Source: Elusimicrobiota bacterium
GTDB lineage: Bacteria; Elusimicrobiota; Elusimicrobia; UBA1565
Direction of reading: 5' to 3'
Assembly: GCA_043819795.1 (NCBI GenBank)
Contig: JBDREN010000052.1
Coordinates: forward strand, 1-24,404
Length of the DNA stretch: 24,404 bases
Position 1 is the first letter of the stretch. Every line of letters starts with the position of its first letter. Shown piece by piece: positions 23,160 to 24,404 of the stretch. Under the pieces are notes generated by a model. It did no database searches. It was given only the letters and a program-made list of their open reading frames with translations, and was not told the origin of the DNA. The position numbers were made by a program, and so were the translations under genes.

Positions 23160-23447
23160 GGAGTTGTCTTTATCCGGCTCAAGGAGACACACCCATGAGA
23201 TGCCGACCAGCGAGGCGAAGAGCCCTCGGGGTCGCTTCACTGCCAAGGGCCCGTATGACTATCCAAACCGACGACGACGGCATATGCAGGCGGATCCGGC
23301 GCGGAAAGGGGTGTCGACTTTTTGTCGACTTTTCTCCTGAGGCGGGCGTGGCTCCGTCGAGGGATGAGGCGAAAAGGTTGCACCAATAGTCGCCCGAAGC
23401 TTTGGTGCTTCCGTCGAGAAACTCCGAGCGAAGTGCAGGAATTGTCG

Positions 23448-23507
23448 GGGAAATTTGGAGCGGGCGAAGGGAATCGAACCCTCGTCTAAAGCTTGGGAAG
23501 CTTTCGT
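23448..23507 (-). repeat. att core copy 2: 3' fragment of tRNA-Gly(CCC)
   Basis: Identical to 17905-17964; tRNA similarity stops at 23507. Confidence 0.92.
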
Positions 23508-23693
23508 CCTGACACTGGGTCGAGGGCGAGATTAAGCTGAAAACTAAATACCTTTTCAGGGAAATAATCGGCAAATCCGAGGGCCCGACAGCGAATTATT
23601 GTCGACTTTTTGTCGAGTCCCGTCCAGCCGTGGACGCCCCATGTGGCCTCCCGGCGCATACCGCAGAGAGCGATATTTACATCGTGCAGGCAC

Positions 23694-23721
23694 TTGACAA
23701 ATGATAGCAATCTGCTATCCT
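23694..23721 (+). promoter_or_regulatory. higBA promoter with overlapping palindromic operator
   Basis: TTGACA (23694-23699), 16 nt, TATCCT (23716-23721) preceded by TGn; inverted repeat GATAGCA-ATC-TGCTATC at 23703-23719. Confidence 0.75.
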
Positions 23722-23728
23722 ATGGGGA

Positions 23729-24013
23729 GTGAAGCTCCTCGGCCGGCTTGCGCTACAGTCCTTCGGCCTCAAACATCCCGATTCGAGGTCCGCGCTGAGG
23801 TCCTGGAAACAAGCCATAGAAGCGAACAATTACATGAACCTCGTTGAACTGAAGCGGTCATTCAGCCCGGTCGATTACGTGAAGCCGTATACGGTCTTCA
23901 ATATTTCGGGCAACAAATATCGCTTGATCGCCATCGTGGATTACGAACTTCAAACGCTGTCGGTGGAAGATGTTCTCACTCATTCGGAGTACGACAAGGG
24001 GCGCTGGAGGTAG
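23729..24013 (+). CDS. higB: HigB-family type II toxin (RelE superfamily mRNA interferase)
   Basis: KHPDSRSALRSW...ELKRSFSPVDYVKPYTVFNISGNKYRLIAIVDY...VLTHSEYDKGRW; toxin-first gene order. Confidence 0.92.
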   Translation: MKLLGRLALQSFGLKHPDSRSALRSWKQAIEANNYMNLVELKRSFSPVDYVKPYTVFNISGNKYRLIAIVDYELQTLSVEDVLTHSEYDKGRWR

Positions 24014-24017
24014 CTGC

Positions 24018-24404
24018 ATGACGCTGGAAACGCTCGAAAGGAAGCTGAAGCCGCTTGGGACACCGGTCGAGAATCGCATCCTCAAATGGCTTTATCTTCA
24101 TCTCCCCCCCCAGCCGATCAAAAGCAAGAGCATGCATGCGCAGTACGCCAAGGCCGTCCGGATACTTCTTCGTGAGCGTGCGGCGGGCTCGTTCAAGGTG
24201 TCGGACCGCCAAGCGATCGCCAGGTATTTGAGCGCGGTGGTTCCTTTTGTCGAGGAATACGATAAAGGGCTGGCCGACATCGGCTCAGCGAGCCCGGAGG
24301 AGATGCTCAAGTTCCTGATGGAGCAGCACGAGCTCAGCCAGTACGATCTGGCGAAGGAACTCGGCGGCCAGCCCGTTGTGTCGGACGTCCTGCGGGGGAG
24401 GAGG
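24018..24404 (+). CDS. higA: HigA-family HTH antitoxin (partial, runs off right edge)
   Basis: ATG at 24018 after GGAGG; ...PQPIKS...FVEEYD...SPEEMLKFLMEQHELSQYDLAKELGGQPVVSDVLRGRR (HTH). Absent from the ORF track because the stop is outside the window. Confidence 0.9.
   Translation, partial: MTLETLERKLKPLGTPVENRILKWLYLHLPPQPIKSKSMHAQYAKAVRILLRERAAGSFKVSDRQAIARYLSAVVPFVEEYDKGLADIGSASPEEMLKFLMEQHELSQYDLAKELGGQPVVSDVLRGRR

Larger units (their letters stand above)
17965..23447. mobile_element. 5.5-kb integrase-less genomic islet carrying heavy-metal efflux genes
   Basis: Bounded by the two identical tRNA-Gly 3' cores with conserved arms; contains no recombinase ORF. Confidence 0.75.

Noticed and set aside
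18856..23574. Minus-strand and alternate-frame ORFs overlapping tolC/czcA and the att regions
   Set aside because: Shadows of well-supported genes or translations of non-coding arms; none resembles an integrase or membrane-fusion protein.

Overview
High-GC bacterial DNA; an Elusimicrobiota-like origin is tentatively inferred from the style of a C-terminal sorting domain. Left 14 kb: one uninterrupted minus-strand ORF starting at 13946 and running off the left edge (>4,600 aa). The ORF track misses it because its stop is outside the window; the long plus-strand ORFs are its antisense shadows. It encodes a giant secreted adhesin-like protein: signal peptide, beta-propeller, Ig-like, NHL repeats, many thrombospondin type-3 (TSP3) repeats, fibrinogen-like, LamG, two ALK/LTK-like Gly-rich, DNRLRE-like and tandem PKD domains. 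It has a nested design: four copies of a split 'host' domain each enclose a passenger domain, and two more domains are inserted at the same residue of a TSP3 repeat. Upstream lies the 5'-truncated tail of another surface protein (14430-~16570), joined head-to-head to a 5'-truncated IS91-like transposase that also carries a 59-bp GTAC-flanked insertion. Right 7 kb: a tandem array of related elements delimited by 3' fragments of tRNA-Gly(CCC) (identical 60-bp cores at 17905-17964 and 23448-23507), with conserved, identically spaced arms carrying TTGTCGACTTTTTGTCGA motifs. The units are an almost empty ~0.3-kb element, a 5.5-kb integrase-less element (CxxC/HPP leader + TolC + CzcA/CusA, no membrane-fusion protein), and an element that begins with a higBA toxin-antitoxin pair.
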